DNA of 64,000 nucleotides from a bacterium (GTDB lineage Bacteria; Patescibacteriota; Dojkabacteria; B142; OLB20): the NCBI GenBank assembly GCA_037138855.1, contig JBAXHO010000001.1:6105-70104 (forward strand). The letters run 5' to 3'. Positions 38,046-48,173 of this stretch are shown in pieces. Position 1 is the stretch's first letter. Every line of letters begins with the position of its first letter. The notes under the pieces were generated by a model that ran no database searches, was not told where the DNA came from, and worked only from the letters and a program-made list of their open reading frames with translations. The translations under genes were made by a program, and so were the position numbers.

Positions 38046-38661
38046 AGGGATATTTTAATACTCGGGCTAAAATAATATTTTATTATCACTAGAAAATATC
38101 ACAGCAGAAACAATTTCTCGGGTTAGTTCTTTTAATGGCATGTCTGGAACATAACAATTTGATACGTTTTAGTATATTATATTTTTTCTAGATTATTCAA
38201 TATCGTGATTGTGATATTTAACTCAACTTAATGCTTCTTTATGTTTGATTACCATCTAGTCTTATCTTTAGCTGGAATACATCTTTTAAAAGTATCTCTG
38301 TCCTAAATAACGTATAGGTATTTCCTTTTATGTTTGATGACTTCTGGTTTAATTCAATTGATAGTCTTTCATTCTCACAATTGGTTTATCATCTACTGTA
38401 TTTTGATCCTAAATCAAATTATTTTGAGACGATATTTGCAAAATCTGAAACTAAGCAATTAAAGAATTACTTTGGATTTTCTTCTTTCTTGGATATAATT
38501 GGCATCAAATACTTAATTGATATTATTAATGACCACAGCTATTTTTAATAGACTTGTAGTTCAGATTGATAGAGTAGGATCTGTAACACTAAAACCAGTG
38601 GAGGACATTAACTGGAGCGCATGCAAGTACTCCTGAAGCAGATAACGCTTGTGTTGATGGG

Positions 38662-38928
38662 ATGCGGACAATTATTAAGGATAAATTTGATGGCGAAAGG
38701 CCTTCTTTACATCCATTAGCTATGCATATTGCTGGAGAATTATTGCAAGGTTTGCAATTAGGACCCACAACGGTTGCTAATAATCCAAAAAGTTTTCTTC
38801 GAGGAGTAGATAGATTTTATGTAGCAGATCTACCTGGTAGTATTTTAGGGGGCAATACAAGTATGATACAAGATGTCTTGGATATCAGTAATAAAGTTAA
38901 TCAAAGATCTTTTAATAATGTAATTTAA
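38662..38928 (+). CDS. Short ORF, possibly a gene remnant in a ~950 bp gene-poor stretch
   Basis: 88 aa, no recognisable family. Confidence 0.15.
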   Translation: MRTIIKDKFDGERPSLHPLAMHIAGELLQGLQLGPTTVANNPKSFLRGVDRFYVADLPGSILGGNTSMIQDVLDISNKVNQRSFNNVI

Positions 38929-39053
38929 CTTGTAATCCCAAAAGAGAATATTCGTTTCAGAAAGATAAATTTTTTCGAAAGATTATTGCAAAGATTTAAA
39001 ATCTCATCCTAACTTTTCCATTTCCACAAATGCCTTCTGTAAAGCAGAATGGA

Positions 39054-39623
39054 CTATTTGGATTGAATTTTTAAAGTGAAATTGGTATCCAAAAGTAGCC
39101 TGCCTGGGAATCTGTCAAGCAATGATAAAGTTGCTTTTTGCTCTTTGCTTAAAAAAGAAATTAGAAAATAAGTGTTGCTCCCACTTGGTATATGCCCAGT
39201 AATAATTTCAGTATCTGCTTCTTTCTGTCGTTTAGTAATCCAAGATTTATCAACAGCGAAGATATTTTGGATGGTAAAGATGTTGATGAATAGATTGATA
39301 ATACCGACGAAAATGCCACCCATTATAGCAATCCCATAGAAGATAATGGGATAATTGAACTTGAAAACTAGTTGTATTATAAAAAGAAAGGCAGTCAACC
39401 ATATTGGGCCGACTAACATGGAGATAAATGATTGTAATATCACAGGTACTCGTTTATCAAAATATAGCTTTTTATCCGTTTCTACCATTGGAAGTGGTTT
39501 TAAATGAAAATATTTTCCAAAACTTAAACCTGATTTCCAAGTATCTATTAGTTTGATATTTGATTTGTTGATGATGGATTCTTCAGGAAAGAATCTCTGA
39601 ATAATGGTCGTCAGTTGTTGCAT
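39054..39623 (-). CDS. Hypothetical membrane protein (TM hairpin, possibly PH-domain YdbT-like)
   Basis: Two central TM helices; flanking soluble regions. Confidence 0.35.
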   Translation of the reverse strand: MQQLTTIIQRFFPEESIINKSNIKLIDTWKSGLSFGKYFHLKPLPMVETDKKLYFDKRVPVILQSFISMLVGPIWLTAFLFIIQLVFKFNYPIIFYGIAIMGGIFVGIINLFINIFTIQNIFAVDKSWITKRQKEADTEIITGHIPSGSNTYFLISFLSKEQKATLSLLDRFPGRLLLDTNFTLKIQSK

Positions 39624-39712
39624 ATATTCATTATAATTGATGGTTATTATACTCTATATAATGATGAATGTAAGGGTTTTGCAGTATAATAATCTTGGAT
39701 ATTTAAATATTT

Positions 39713-40219
39713 ATGGAAAGAATTAGAATATATCAAGACAGAGATAAAGAAGCAGTATTAGATTTTATTCATGGTGTTATTCGTAATGAATTTCCTGAAG
39801 TTGGAATTAAAAAGCAGATTAATAGTTTTAAAGATTTTTTTGTAAAGTCTTTTAACCTTAAAATAGCTTTTTTATCAGATTTATATGAAGTACAAAAAGA
39901 ATATTTTGCTAAGAATGGCGTTTTTTATATTGCCGAGCAGGATGGTAAGATAATTGGCACGATTGCTTTAAAATATGATCAACCAAAAATAGCACGTTTG
40001 AAGAGACTATTTGTGGCTAAGCAATACAGAGGTCAAGGTTTAGCACAAACTCTTTTCGATAAAGTATTATTCTTTGCTAGACAAAATCATTATGAAAAAA
40101 TTGTGCTTTCTACATTACCAGTGATGAAACAAGCGCAAAAATTTTATCAGAAAAATGGTTTTATCGTGATGAGCAGAGATGAGAAAGTTCATATGGAAAA
40201 AATATTAATCAAGACTTGA
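39713..40219 (+). CDS. GNAT-family N-acetyltransferase
   Basis: RLFVAKQYRGQGLAQTLFDKVL acetyl-CoA binding motif (Q/RxxGxG/A). Confidence 0.8.
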   Translation: MERIRIYQDRDKEAVLDFIHGVIRNEFPEVGIKKQINSFKDFFVKSFNLKIAFLSDLYEVQKEYFAKNGVFYIAEQDGKIIGTIALKYDQPKIARLKRLFVAKQYRGQGLAQTLFDKVLFFARQNHYEKIVLSTLPVMKQAQKFYQKNGFIVMSRDEKVHMEKILIKT

Positions 40220-40263
40220 TAATTCTTATTTTACCTTCTTTTTACAGTCGTTTATCCTGAAAA

Positions 40264-40911
40264 ATGAAAAAAAACCAACAAAAGTACAGTAAAAATCTAG
40301 CAGCATTCAAATCATTTCCTCTTCTTTTGCTAATTGGAGTAGGATTGCTATTTATTTGTTTAGGGTGTTGTTTGAGCTGTGTTTTAATCAGTATTGTCTT
40401 ACCAGATGCGGCTGTAAATCCTGAAAGATCGATTTTGACAACAACACCTACTGCTAATTTTATTCCAACAGATACTGAAGTTCCAAAGTTATTTTATAAA
40501 GTGACTAAGATTATTGATGGAGATACAATAACAGTGGAAACTCTTGGAAAGATTAGATTAATCGGCATTGATTCACCAGAGTCTACGAATGCCCAGGAAT
40601 GTTTTGGAAATGAAGCTAAGATTAAAATTACTGAATTAATAAATGGCCAGAATGTTTTTATTGAACTTGATCCAACACAAGGAGAAAAAGATAAGTATGA
40701 TCGTACTTTGGCGTATGTATTTGTAGCAGGGGTAGAAGAATCAATAAATTTTCAAATGATTCAAACTGGTTATGCCTTTGAATACACTTATAATAAGCCT
40801 TATAAATATCAAGAGTCTTTTCAGAAAGCTGAGGAAGAGGCGAAGAATGAAAAAACAGGGTTGTGGGCAACGATTACGTGTAATTGTCTTTATTCCATAT
40901 TGTTGATATGA
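40264..40911 (+). CDS. Membrane-anchored thermonuclease (staphylococcal nuclease/SNase-like)
   Basis: KIIDGDTITVETLGKIRLIGIDSPES ... DRTLAYVFV ... GLWA; N-terminal TM helix. Confidence 0.8.
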   Translation: MKKNQQKYSKNLAAFKSFPLLLLIGVGLLFICLGCCLSCVLISIVLPDAAVNPERSILTTTPTANFIPTDTEVPKLFYKVTKIIDGDTITVETLGKIRLIGIDSPESTNAQECFGNEAKIKITELINGQNVFIELDPTQGEKDKYDRTLAYVFVAGVEESINFQMIQTGYAFEYTYNKPYKYQESFQKAEEEAKNEKTGLWATITCNCLYSILLI

Positions 40912-40958
40912 TGCTTTTAAGTCTTTAATTCACTAGTGCTCCGCGCCATTTATTAATT

Positions 40959-41402
40959 ATGGATATTTTATATTTTCTTCTTGTTTGGGTGGTGTTTGGT
41001 TTTGTATTTGAAATGATAGCTGGCTGGAAACAAATATCAAATGAAGATATCAATATATTAAAACAACTGACTCCAATTTATATCAAACACTTTAGTAGTA
41101 TTTGGATTAATTGGATAGGTTATCGAGGGTGTATTGTGGTGAAATTTTATCCTCAGGGCATATTTCTCAAACCATATTTGATTTTTACTGTATTGAATAA
41201 AGGTATATTCTTAAGTTATAAGAAGATGATTTTTGATGCTCCAGATAGTAGTTTCCTGAATTTTTTTCATCCCAAAACAAGCATTACATATAATGGTAGA
41301 GTTTTATACCTGGATTCAGCCTCGTGGGAAATGGTAAAAAAAGAGTATGATCAGTTCAAAACAAAGTTGATTAATACAGCAACGCAGTCAAATTTATCAT
41401 GA
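40959..41402 (+). CDS. Hypothetical membrane protein
   Basis: 147 aa with an N-terminal TM helix. Confidence 0.35.
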   Translation: MDILYFLLVWVVFGFVFEMIAGWKQISNEDINILKQLTPIYIKHFSSIWINWIGYRGCIVVKFYPQGIFLKPYLIFTVLNKGIFLSYKKMIFDAPDSSFLNFFHPKTSITYNGRVLYLDSASWEMVKKEYDQFKTKLINTATQSNLS

Positions 41403-41723
41403 ATTACGACTTATTAATCACGAAACGAGCTAAGTTTGATCTTGGGCAATCATCCCAACCAATGTCTCTCTTAGATTTACAGTAATCAAATCATTTTGAG
41501 ACGATTCGGCAAGTTTTTTGAGACGATATTAATGAAATTTACATATTTCCCAATTGTTAAGAGAAGAAAGTGCAGATTATAAAAAAGAAGAACCGAAGGA
41601 ATAATCGATTTGAGATTGGGATTCTAATACTTTCAGCTAAATTTAATGGCTGTCAAATACGAGAAGCTAATTGATATTTGCACAAACACCAATTTTATTG
41701 GACTGATAAGATCTTTATTTTTA

Positions 41724-43211
41724 TTAGTACCTCACACTCTTCAAAACCTCCGCAGCTTCCTGAGCAACTATGGTATCTGGAGTGCAATCCTGAGAAATGG
41801 GCTTGAAGTTTAGATCAGTTTTACCAAAACCGGAAGATTCAAAATCAATAGTGTATTTATTGTTGACTAAATAGACATAGGACTCAAATAAAGTTGAAAT
41901 ATAATATGTTGGCTTATCATAATTATCTGGTTCGCCTTCTCCTGACTGGAAATATTGAAATTTTTGCTGAGAATTATTAATTGCAAATGTTTTATCCAAT
42001 TTGGGGTCGGCAATAGTTCCAGGCCAGTAACCTTTTTTTAATTGGGTAAAATCAGTATCTCTCATATCGAAGAAAATTTCGTAAGAGCCAAGTACTTTAC
42101 CTTGTGTACAGTTTTCCCCAACTGGTGATCTGAAAACAATAGTTTTCGGATCGATACTTGTATCTAGAACCCAAGTTGGTGGATATTTCAGACTAAATGG
42201 AAAAGCATTATTGGTGTATGATTGCCAATTAGAGGTATCTATTCCTGCTGTCGGACTGACAACTGTATTAGTCGGAGTAGCTGTCAAGTCAGTTGGTATT
42301 ATTGAAGAAGGAGTAAGAGTAATTGTAGGTGAAATTATGGCTTTGGGTGTAGATTTTTCATTTTTAACTGTAATAAAGGCGATAGAGGCAGTGGCAACAG
42401 CGATAACTGGAAGAATGATCACTGCCAATTTAACAGCAATTGCAGTAGCTTTGGCAGTGGTAACTGCAGTACTTAGATGATTTGCAGAAATAGTTTTCGG
42501 ATTCATTTTTGTTAATGTGCTAAATTGAAAATTATTAAGTTTGGTAATTACCAAATCTGATAAAGTTGTTAAAAAAGTTGGATCGGGAGCTAAAGTTAAA
42601 GCTGATTTTAATTGTTTGATCCCGATTAAGATTAAGAGAGGATTGATACTGTAAAATTTCTTGTAGTCTTTTTTCGCAAGCATATTTTGTAAACTTTTCA
42701 CCCCACGATGGAACTTGCTGATAGCTGTTGACTGATTTACATTTAAAAATTCCGCAATTTCTTTAAATTTCATATCTTCCCAGATTTTCAAAGTAATAAT
42801 TTCTCGAGATTCTGGATCCAGTTGAAATATCAGTTCTTTCAGTAACTTTTGTTGTTCTGTATCAACTGCTTGTTCTTCGAGTGGTTTTTCGTCAAGGTCT
42901 ACCAGATATTCTTCCTGAAGATCGGTTTCGACACTTAAGTCATTTTTTGTGACAATATTTTGATAAATAAGATTACGGGCAATTTGTAAAAACCAATATT
43001 TAATGGAAATACCACGCCATTCGAAAGTAGAGATTTTTTCGAGGGCAACTAGAAAAGTCTTGGAAGTCAGATCTTCTGCTTGTTCTTTGTTACCACTGAC
43101 TGAATATGTGTAGCGATAGATGTCTTTGGTAAAATTCTGATAAAGCTCACTAAACGCAGTCTTATTAGTGCGACATTCTGCAATTAACTTTTGTTCTTGT
43201 TCGAGTTGCAT
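41724..43211 (-). CDS. Sigma-70 family (ECF-like) sigma factor fused to a TM segment and a C-terminal extracytoplasmic domain
   Basis: Region 2 TFLVALEKISTFEW...YWFLQIARN; region 4 ESREIITLKIWEDMKFKEIAEFLNVNQSTAISKFHRGVKSL; TM AIAVKLAVIILPVIAVATASIAFITV; then a ~200-aa TP-rich outside domain. Confidence 0.7.
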   Translation of the reverse strand: MQLEQEQKLIAECRTNKTAFSELYQNFTKDIYRYTYSVSGNKEQAEDLTSKTFLVALEKISTFEWRGISIKYWFLQIARNLIYQNIVTKNDLSVETDLQEEYLVDLDEKPLEEQAVDTEQQKLLKELIFQLDPESREIITLKIWEDMKFKEIAEFLNVNQSTAISKFHRGVKSLQNMLAKKDYKKFYSINPLLILIGIKQLKSALTLAPDPTFLTTLSDLVITKLNNFQFSTLTKMNPKTISANHLSTAVTTAKATAIAVKLAVIILPVIAVATASIAFITVKNEKSTPKAIISPTITLTPSSIIPTDLTATPTNTVVSPTAGIDTSNWQSYTNNAFPFSLKYPPTWVLDTSIDPKTIVFRSPVGENCTQGKVLGSYEIFFDMRDTDFTQLKKGYWPGTIADPKLDKTFAINNSQQKFQYFQSGEGEPDNYDKPTYYISTLFESYVYLVNNKYTIDFESSGFGKTDLNFKPISQDCTPDTIVAQEAAEVLKSVRY

Positions 43212-43341
43212 GATTGGTAAATAACTAGTTATATAATCCGATATTTTATATACGAGTACAACTTAATTTAAGTGATTACTGTCTTTTAAATGAATGAGGT
43301 GGAAATTTATCCACCTCATTGTGATTCATATATTTTGGTTT

Positions 43342-43716
43342 TTAAAATTTGGCACAAACGACGCAGGTAGTTACCTGAATTGAGCTGGCAGATTTATTAT
43401 TCCAAACACACTTCATACCAGGCTGTTCATAAGTAAGATTTTGTGGAGAACAACCAAGTTGAAAAATATTATCGATGCCACCAGTGTGGTAGCTATAGAC
43501 TGAAATTACTTTTTTACCTGTGGAACAATATGAAGCGATGGTATTCCAGCTATTGGGATGCACATAAGTAGGATTGGAGCAAATTGTTTCATAATTGCTT
43601 GTAACTGGGATAGATGGTAGTGGCATTTGAGTAGCTGCCTTGCTGGGTCTCAAATATACTGCGCTGATAACTAAGATAACTGCTGTTGCACTCACGACGA
43701 GAAGTTTTTTATACAT
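43342..43716 (-). CDS. Small secreted Cys-rich protein
   Basis: Signal peptide; 7 Cys in a 100-aa mature region; sits upstream in the same orientation as the sigma-fusion gene. Confidence 0.4.
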   Translation of the reverse strand: MYKKLLVVSATAVILVISAVYLRPSKAATQMPLPSIPVTSNYETICSNPTYVHPNSWNTIASYCSTGKKVISVYSYHTGGIDNIFQLGCSPQNLTYEQPGMKCVWNNKSASSIQVTTCVVCAKF

Positions 43717-43939
43717 GGAGATTTAAATAAAAAGTAAAATAGTAGAGCTTTCTCAGGCTCTATATATATAAACCAGAAATATCAGGAAATTGTTGCAAGA
43801 AAATCGAGGAAATGAATATTAGGTTAAATTAAAGATCAAATTTTGGTCGATCAACAATTTATTATAATCCTACTAATGAATCTAACTTCATTTTCATTTT
43901 AATCTGGGTTATACTTAATCAATTATTATCCATACCCCC

Positions 43940-44686
43940 ATGACACAACCTGCATCCATCTTAAAAAACAAAGTAGCCCTTGCAGTAGTTGCTGTACTTG
44001 GAGTTTGCTTAGTCAGTGCTTGCTGTATTGTAATTTTTATCATCGCTTTTGGTAACAAGAACTCCTCATCTGATGGATCAACTGGTTCTACTACAAGCAA
44101 AAAGAAACTCAGCATTTCAGAATGTCAAAGTAATGCTGCTAAGTTTGATAAAAAAGTGCTAAAAATTAGTGGTAATGGCATTCAGGGAACTGTCGCACTT
44201 ACTGCCAATGTCTCAGAGTGCCGAATTGAAGCACAATATCATTTACTTTTTCCAGCAGGCTTACCCCAAAATCCTTATAATAGTTATTTTAATCAATATA
44301 ATTACATTGCCTTAATTCACAAAACTTCAGAAAGGGAACGTCAGAATAGTTATGGAATTGGGGTGATTTTTGCTGCCTATCGAAACAAAGCACTTTTGCC
44401 AATTGACTCATTTGCATCAATGCTAAATGGATTTTATGCTGAAGGTGCAGAAGCCAATCAGCTTGGTGCTACAGAGACTTTTTATGCCATACCTGAACGC
44501 TGGTTTGAACTGTCTGATAAAGGTTATGCTGATATGTTATCAGATACAGTTTTTGAATTAATTGACAGTAAGCCATATATTATTGAAGAAAAAATCGGAA
44601 ATGCTTCAACATACACTACCGATACCGCCAAAGCAGAAAAGCAAGGGACGATTGTCAAAACTTATAATTGGCAGTATCAGGAATAG
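43940..44686 (+). CDS. Membrane-anchored hypothetical protein
   Basis: N-terminal TM helix; 248 aa. Confidence 0.4.
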   Translation: MTQPASILKNKVALAVVAVLGVCLVSACCIVIFIIAFGNKNSSSDGSTGSTTSKKKLSISECQSNAAKFDKKVLKISGNGIQGTVALTANVSECRIEAQYHLLFPAGLPQNPYNSYFNQYNYIALIHKTSERERQNSYGIGVIFAAYRNKALLPIDSFASMLNGFYAEGAEANQLGATETFYAIPERWFELSDKGYADMLSDTVFELIDSKPYIIEEKIGNASTYTTDTAKAEKQGTIVKTYNWQYQE

Positions 44687-44694
44687 AGTATTTT

Positions 44695-44949
44695 CTAATA
44701 ATGAAAGCGACAGGAAATGACAGTTATCTGATCAGTCCGATTACTGTAAATCAGTCTATGTTCGTGGGTGATTCTTCGTGAATAGTAGCCAGCAAGATTG
44801 CCAACCAATTTTTCTGGTTTACCAATACCGGTAAGGGGACTTTGTTCAATTTCTCTGAGAAGAAACTTTATCCGTAAAAAAATTCTATTGTCCTTTTTCT
44901 TCCAGTAAAATAGATCTTTTGCAGCTAGTTTAGTAAAAGTGATTATCAT
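44695..44949 (-). CDS. yoeB: YoeB/Txe-family type II toxin
   Basis: KDLFYWKKKDNRIFLRIKFLLREIEQSPLTGIGKPEKLVGNLAGYYSRRITHEHRLIYS ... CRFHY is very similar to the YoeB consensus. Confidence 0.8.
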   Translation of the reverse strand: MIITFTKLAAKDLFYWKKKDNRIFLRIKFLLREIEQSPLTGIGKPEKLVGNLAGYYSRRITHEHRLIYSNRTDQITVISCRFHY

Positions 44950-45203
44950 AAATTATCCAGATCAATAGCTACAACATTTCCTAATTTTACATCTTTAATG
45001 GAATCTTTGAGATGTTTGGCATTATTTGGATTGGAAAGCAGATAAAGGGTTTCTGCCATTGCCGAATATTGGTCAGCAGCAAGTACCACTACATCATCAC
45101 CATGTCGTCTGGAGATAGTAGTAACTGTTTTATTATTGGCAACATCATCTAAAGTCGCTTTGAGATTTTGTCTTGCTTGAGTATAAGAAATTTTGTTATC
45201 CAT
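44946..45203 (-). CDS. yefM: YefM/Phd-family antitoxin (4-nt overlap with yoeB)
   Basis: ISYTQARQNLKATLDDVANNKTVTTISRRHGDDVVVLAADQYSAMAETLYLL. Confidence 0.8.
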   Translation of the reverse strand: MDNKISYTQARQNLKATLDDVANNKTVTTISRRHGDDVVVLAADQYSAMAETLYLLSNPNNAKHLKDSIKDVKLGNVVAIDLDNL

Positions 45204-45448
45204 GGATTAAAATTTATTAAGTACAGAATTACTGTACAATTGAATAATTGATTTGTCAATCTGATAAATTTAAAAAATCTATAGACCTTTCATTTTAAAT
45301 CTGCTGAAGTTAATTTCGAATATGCACACCAGATTTAAAATTTCAGGCTATTATAGCCACAATTATTAGTTATAAGTTCTAGTTTTTGACATAATTCCTA
45401 ATATCTGTTAAACAATTATTACCATATTTTATTTTTTAAAATTTCAAA

Positions 45449-45901
45449 ATGTTTGGATTTAAAAGACCAAATACTGATGATCCTCAAGCTGCCATTGATC
45501 AGGCAAACAAGACAATGAATAGCGGGATTACAGGTGGACTTACCAAAATGTTTATGGGTAAGGATTTTGTCAATAAGGCAAATGATGGTTTGGCTACAGC
45601 CCAAAGTGCGATGGATGATGCCAAAGAAATGCAGGAATTGATGGTTTCAGGAGTTGATGCGAAAGCATTGGTTAAAACACTTGCTGATACTGGAAAGTTG
45701 ATTAATTTTAATCCAGTACTTCAAATGAAACTGGAAGTTAATCCAGGTACTCCAGAAGCTTATGAATTGGATGTGGAAAAAATGGTATCGAAAATTATGA
45801 TCCCAAGAATTGGTGATACATTGATGCTTAAAGTGTCTCCCACTGACAAGCAGAAAATTGCGATTATGGGAATTATGCCACCTACACCTGTAGCAGCTTA
45901 A
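45449..45901 (+). CDS. Hypothetical protein
   Basis: 150 aa, no recognisable family. Confidence 0.35.
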   Translation: MFGFKRPNTDDPQAAIDQANKTMNSGITGGLTKMFMGKDFVNKANDGLATAQSAMDDAKEMQELMVSGVDAKALVKTLADTGKLINFNPVLQMKLEVNPGTPEAYELDVEKMVSKIMIPRIGDTLMLKVSPTDKQKIAIMGIMPPTPVAA

Positions 45902-45917
45902 TCTGTCTAAATCATAA

Positions 45918-45952
45918 ATTTAAAGAGCGGATCGCATGATTCGCTCTTTTTT
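45918..45952. terminator. Bidirectional intrinsic terminator between convergent genes
   Basis: AGAGCGGATC gcat GATTCGCTCT TTTTTG on plus; the minus strand also has an A/T run. Confidence 0.65.
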
Positions 45953-45971
45953 GATTTTATTAATATTAACT

Positions 45972-46340
45972 TTAAGCAAGGAGCTTCTTAGCCTGAATAA
46001 TATCTGTGGAAATTTGTTGTTGCAGTTCCTGAAAGTTGGCAAAATCTTTTGGTGCTCTAATGAATCCTACAAGTCTGAATGCGATATTTTCGCCGTAAAC
46101 TTCAGAGATTTGGGCGAGTAAATGAATTTCACAAATCGTTTTTGTTTCACCGAGGATATATCGGGGACCAAGGTATAATACTCCAGGATAAATTTGTCCG
46201 GAGAGAGTAACTCTCACAGCATAAACACCTGGTTTAAAGTCAAAATCAACTTTGGTAAGATTCAGTGTCGGAAAGCCAATTGTCCGGCCGAGTTTATTGC
46301 CATGAATAATTTTGCTGTGAAAAATAGTATCAGGTATCAT
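45972..46340 (-). CDS. Riboflavin kinase domain protein (monofunctional)
   Basis: GNKLGRTIGFPTLNL...GVYAVRV...GVLYLGPR matches the RibF C-terminal kinase domain. Its start codon is embedded in a GTATCA repeat. Confidence 0.75.
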   Translation of the reverse strand: MIPDTIFHSKIIHGNKLGRTIGFPTLNLTKVDFDFKPGVYAVRVTLSGQIYPGVLYLGPRYILGETKTICEIHLLAQISEVYGENIAFRLVGFIRAPKDFANFQELQQQISTDIIQAKKLLA

Positions 46341-46558
46341 GTATCAAGTAGTAAAAATAGTAGCTGGTAGCTTGTAGCTCGTAGCTGAGAAAATCAGATT
46401 TCAGATTCCGGATCCCAGCTTTCATTTTTCCTAGATTCTTATCTTTTAACTTTTAACTAGTAGCTTCTAACTTTTCCCTCTTTTTCTTACCCAAATTGCA
46501 ATTTGCAAATTCCAAATTTCAAATTTCACTCTCATTCTGATTCCAGATTCCATTTTAT

Positions 46559-47464
46559 TCACCGTCTTCCGATTTTTACTACCTGAAAAATGCCAAAAAT
46601 TAAAATTATCATGCCAATGATTTGCGTGAGTGAGTAGGATTCGTGAAAATAAAAAATTCCAATGAGAAATGCTGACGCTGGCCAGGCAAGCTCGGCAATG
46701 GTGCTGATCCGGGCTGGCGTGTGACGCAGTCCGTAATAGTAGATTCCGGTTCCTACAGCTCCAGCCGAAAGCGTGACTATGAGAAGAGAAATAATTTGAG
46801 TTGGAGTGATCGCCATACCTGCGACTTGTCCGCCCTGGAAAAAATAAATAATTAAACTGGTGATTGCTGCAATAACGAAGCGGAGAAAAAGTACTTCCAG
46901 AAAGCCAGCTTCTTTGAGTAGAATTTTGGAAGTAGAAGTGGAGGCACCCCAGATCACACCAGCGAGGAGTGCATAAATTGCTGCAATGATCGTCTGGGAA
47001 TTATTTTGCCAGTTGATGCTGAGGTCTTTGAAACTAACGAGAAATGCTCCGATCATCGCGAGAATAGCCCAAGGGAGAAAGCGTTTGGAGATTTTTTCCT
47101 GTAAGAGAAAATAAGCAGCAGTGATTGCCCAGATTGGTTGCAATTGCTGCATCAAGACGACTGCTGAAAAGGGAATAAAATTAACTTTGGCAAGTGCTGC
47201 CGTATAGAGAATAGTTGCTACAGCACCGGAAAGTACTCCAGTGACAACTAAGGCCAGCCATTCAGCTTTGGTAAACTTTTTTAAGCTACGTTTTACTGCT
47301 GGTACAAGTGGCAGCATGAAAATCAAGCCTAAACTGTGCTCCCAGAAAACAATAAGTGGTGCTGGTAGAACATATAAACTACGACGTACAATCGCATCCA
47401 GACTCCATAAAATGGCAGCAATAATGATGAAGATGACTGGGTATTTAAATCTGGCTTTTGGCAT
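46559..47464 (-). CDS. EamA/DMT-family transporter (10 TM)
   Basis: Two EamA-like halves; 301 aa. Confidence 0.8.
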   Translation of the reverse strand: MPKARFKYPVIFIIIAAILWSLDAIVRRSLYVLPAPLIVFWEHSLGLIFMLPLVPAVKRSLKKFTKAEWLALVVTGVLSGAVATILYTAALAKVNFIPFSAVVLMQQLQPIWAITAAYFLLQEKISKRFLPWAILAMIGAFLVSFKDLSINWQNNSQTIIAAIYALLAGVIWGASTSTSKILLKEAGFLEVLFLRFVIAAITSLIIYFFQGGQVAGMAITPTQIISLLIVTLSAGAVGTGIYYYGLRHTPARISTIAELAWPASAFLIGIFYFHESYSLTQIIGMIILIFGIFQVVKIGRR

Positions 47465-47579
47465 GAAATGAAATTTTAATTTGGATGCGCTGATTTTACC
47501 ATAAGTTTAAAGTGAATTATTTTAAAAGGATGACGGATTGATAAATTTAATTAAAGAAAATATTTATTTGAGGAGAATG

Positions 47580-48149
47580 TTAATTTTTCTCTAAATAATA
47601 CAAAATATGTAAGAATTTTACTCCAAGATTCTGGTCAAAATATTGTTCACTTTGTTTAACAGCGAAATTTTTGCTTTGAAAGAGTTTTCGCCACTCGCAA
47701 TCTGAGCGATAAGATTGCCAGTTTGCTCGAAACTGAAGATTAGCTAAGGTATCAGCCAGTACAGTTATAAATTTGTGAAAGGGATTTAAAAATGAAGTTT
47801 CAATGATCAGTAAGTTCTTAGCCACTCTGGCTGCTTCGTGAAATACAATTTCCGGATCTGGTGTATGATGCATGACCATAAGGAGCATCGCGGTTTCAAA
47901 TTGTTGATCAGCAAAGGGCAGGTGGCTTCCGTCATAAATTATTGGTTCGCTGAGTCGTGGTCCATGAAAGCTGGCTACATCTACTGGAGTCACAGCAAAG
48001 CCCTGATTTCTTAGTGCGAGAGTAATAGCTCCAGGTCCAGAGCCAATATCGAGAATTTTACCAGATTGGGGAAGATAAGGGAGAATTCTTTTTACAAATA
48101 ATGCCGTTCGTTTATCATTAAACTTCTGAAGTAATTTTGTTGGGATCAT
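47580..48149 (-). CDS. Class I SAM-dependent methyltransferase
   Basis: ILDIGSGPGAITLAL motif I. Confidence 0.8.
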   Translation of the reverse strand: MIPTKLLQKFNDKRTALFVKRILPYLPQSGKILDIGSGPGAITLALRNQGFAVTPVDVASFHGPRLSEPIIYDGSHLPFADQQFETAMLLMVMHHTPDPEIVFHEAARVAKNLLIIETSFLNPFHKFITVLADTLANLQFRANWQSYRSDCEWRKLFQSKNFAVKQSEQYFDQNLGVKFLHILYYLEKN

Positions 48150-48173
48150 CGGTCGTCTTAATATCGTATTGTA

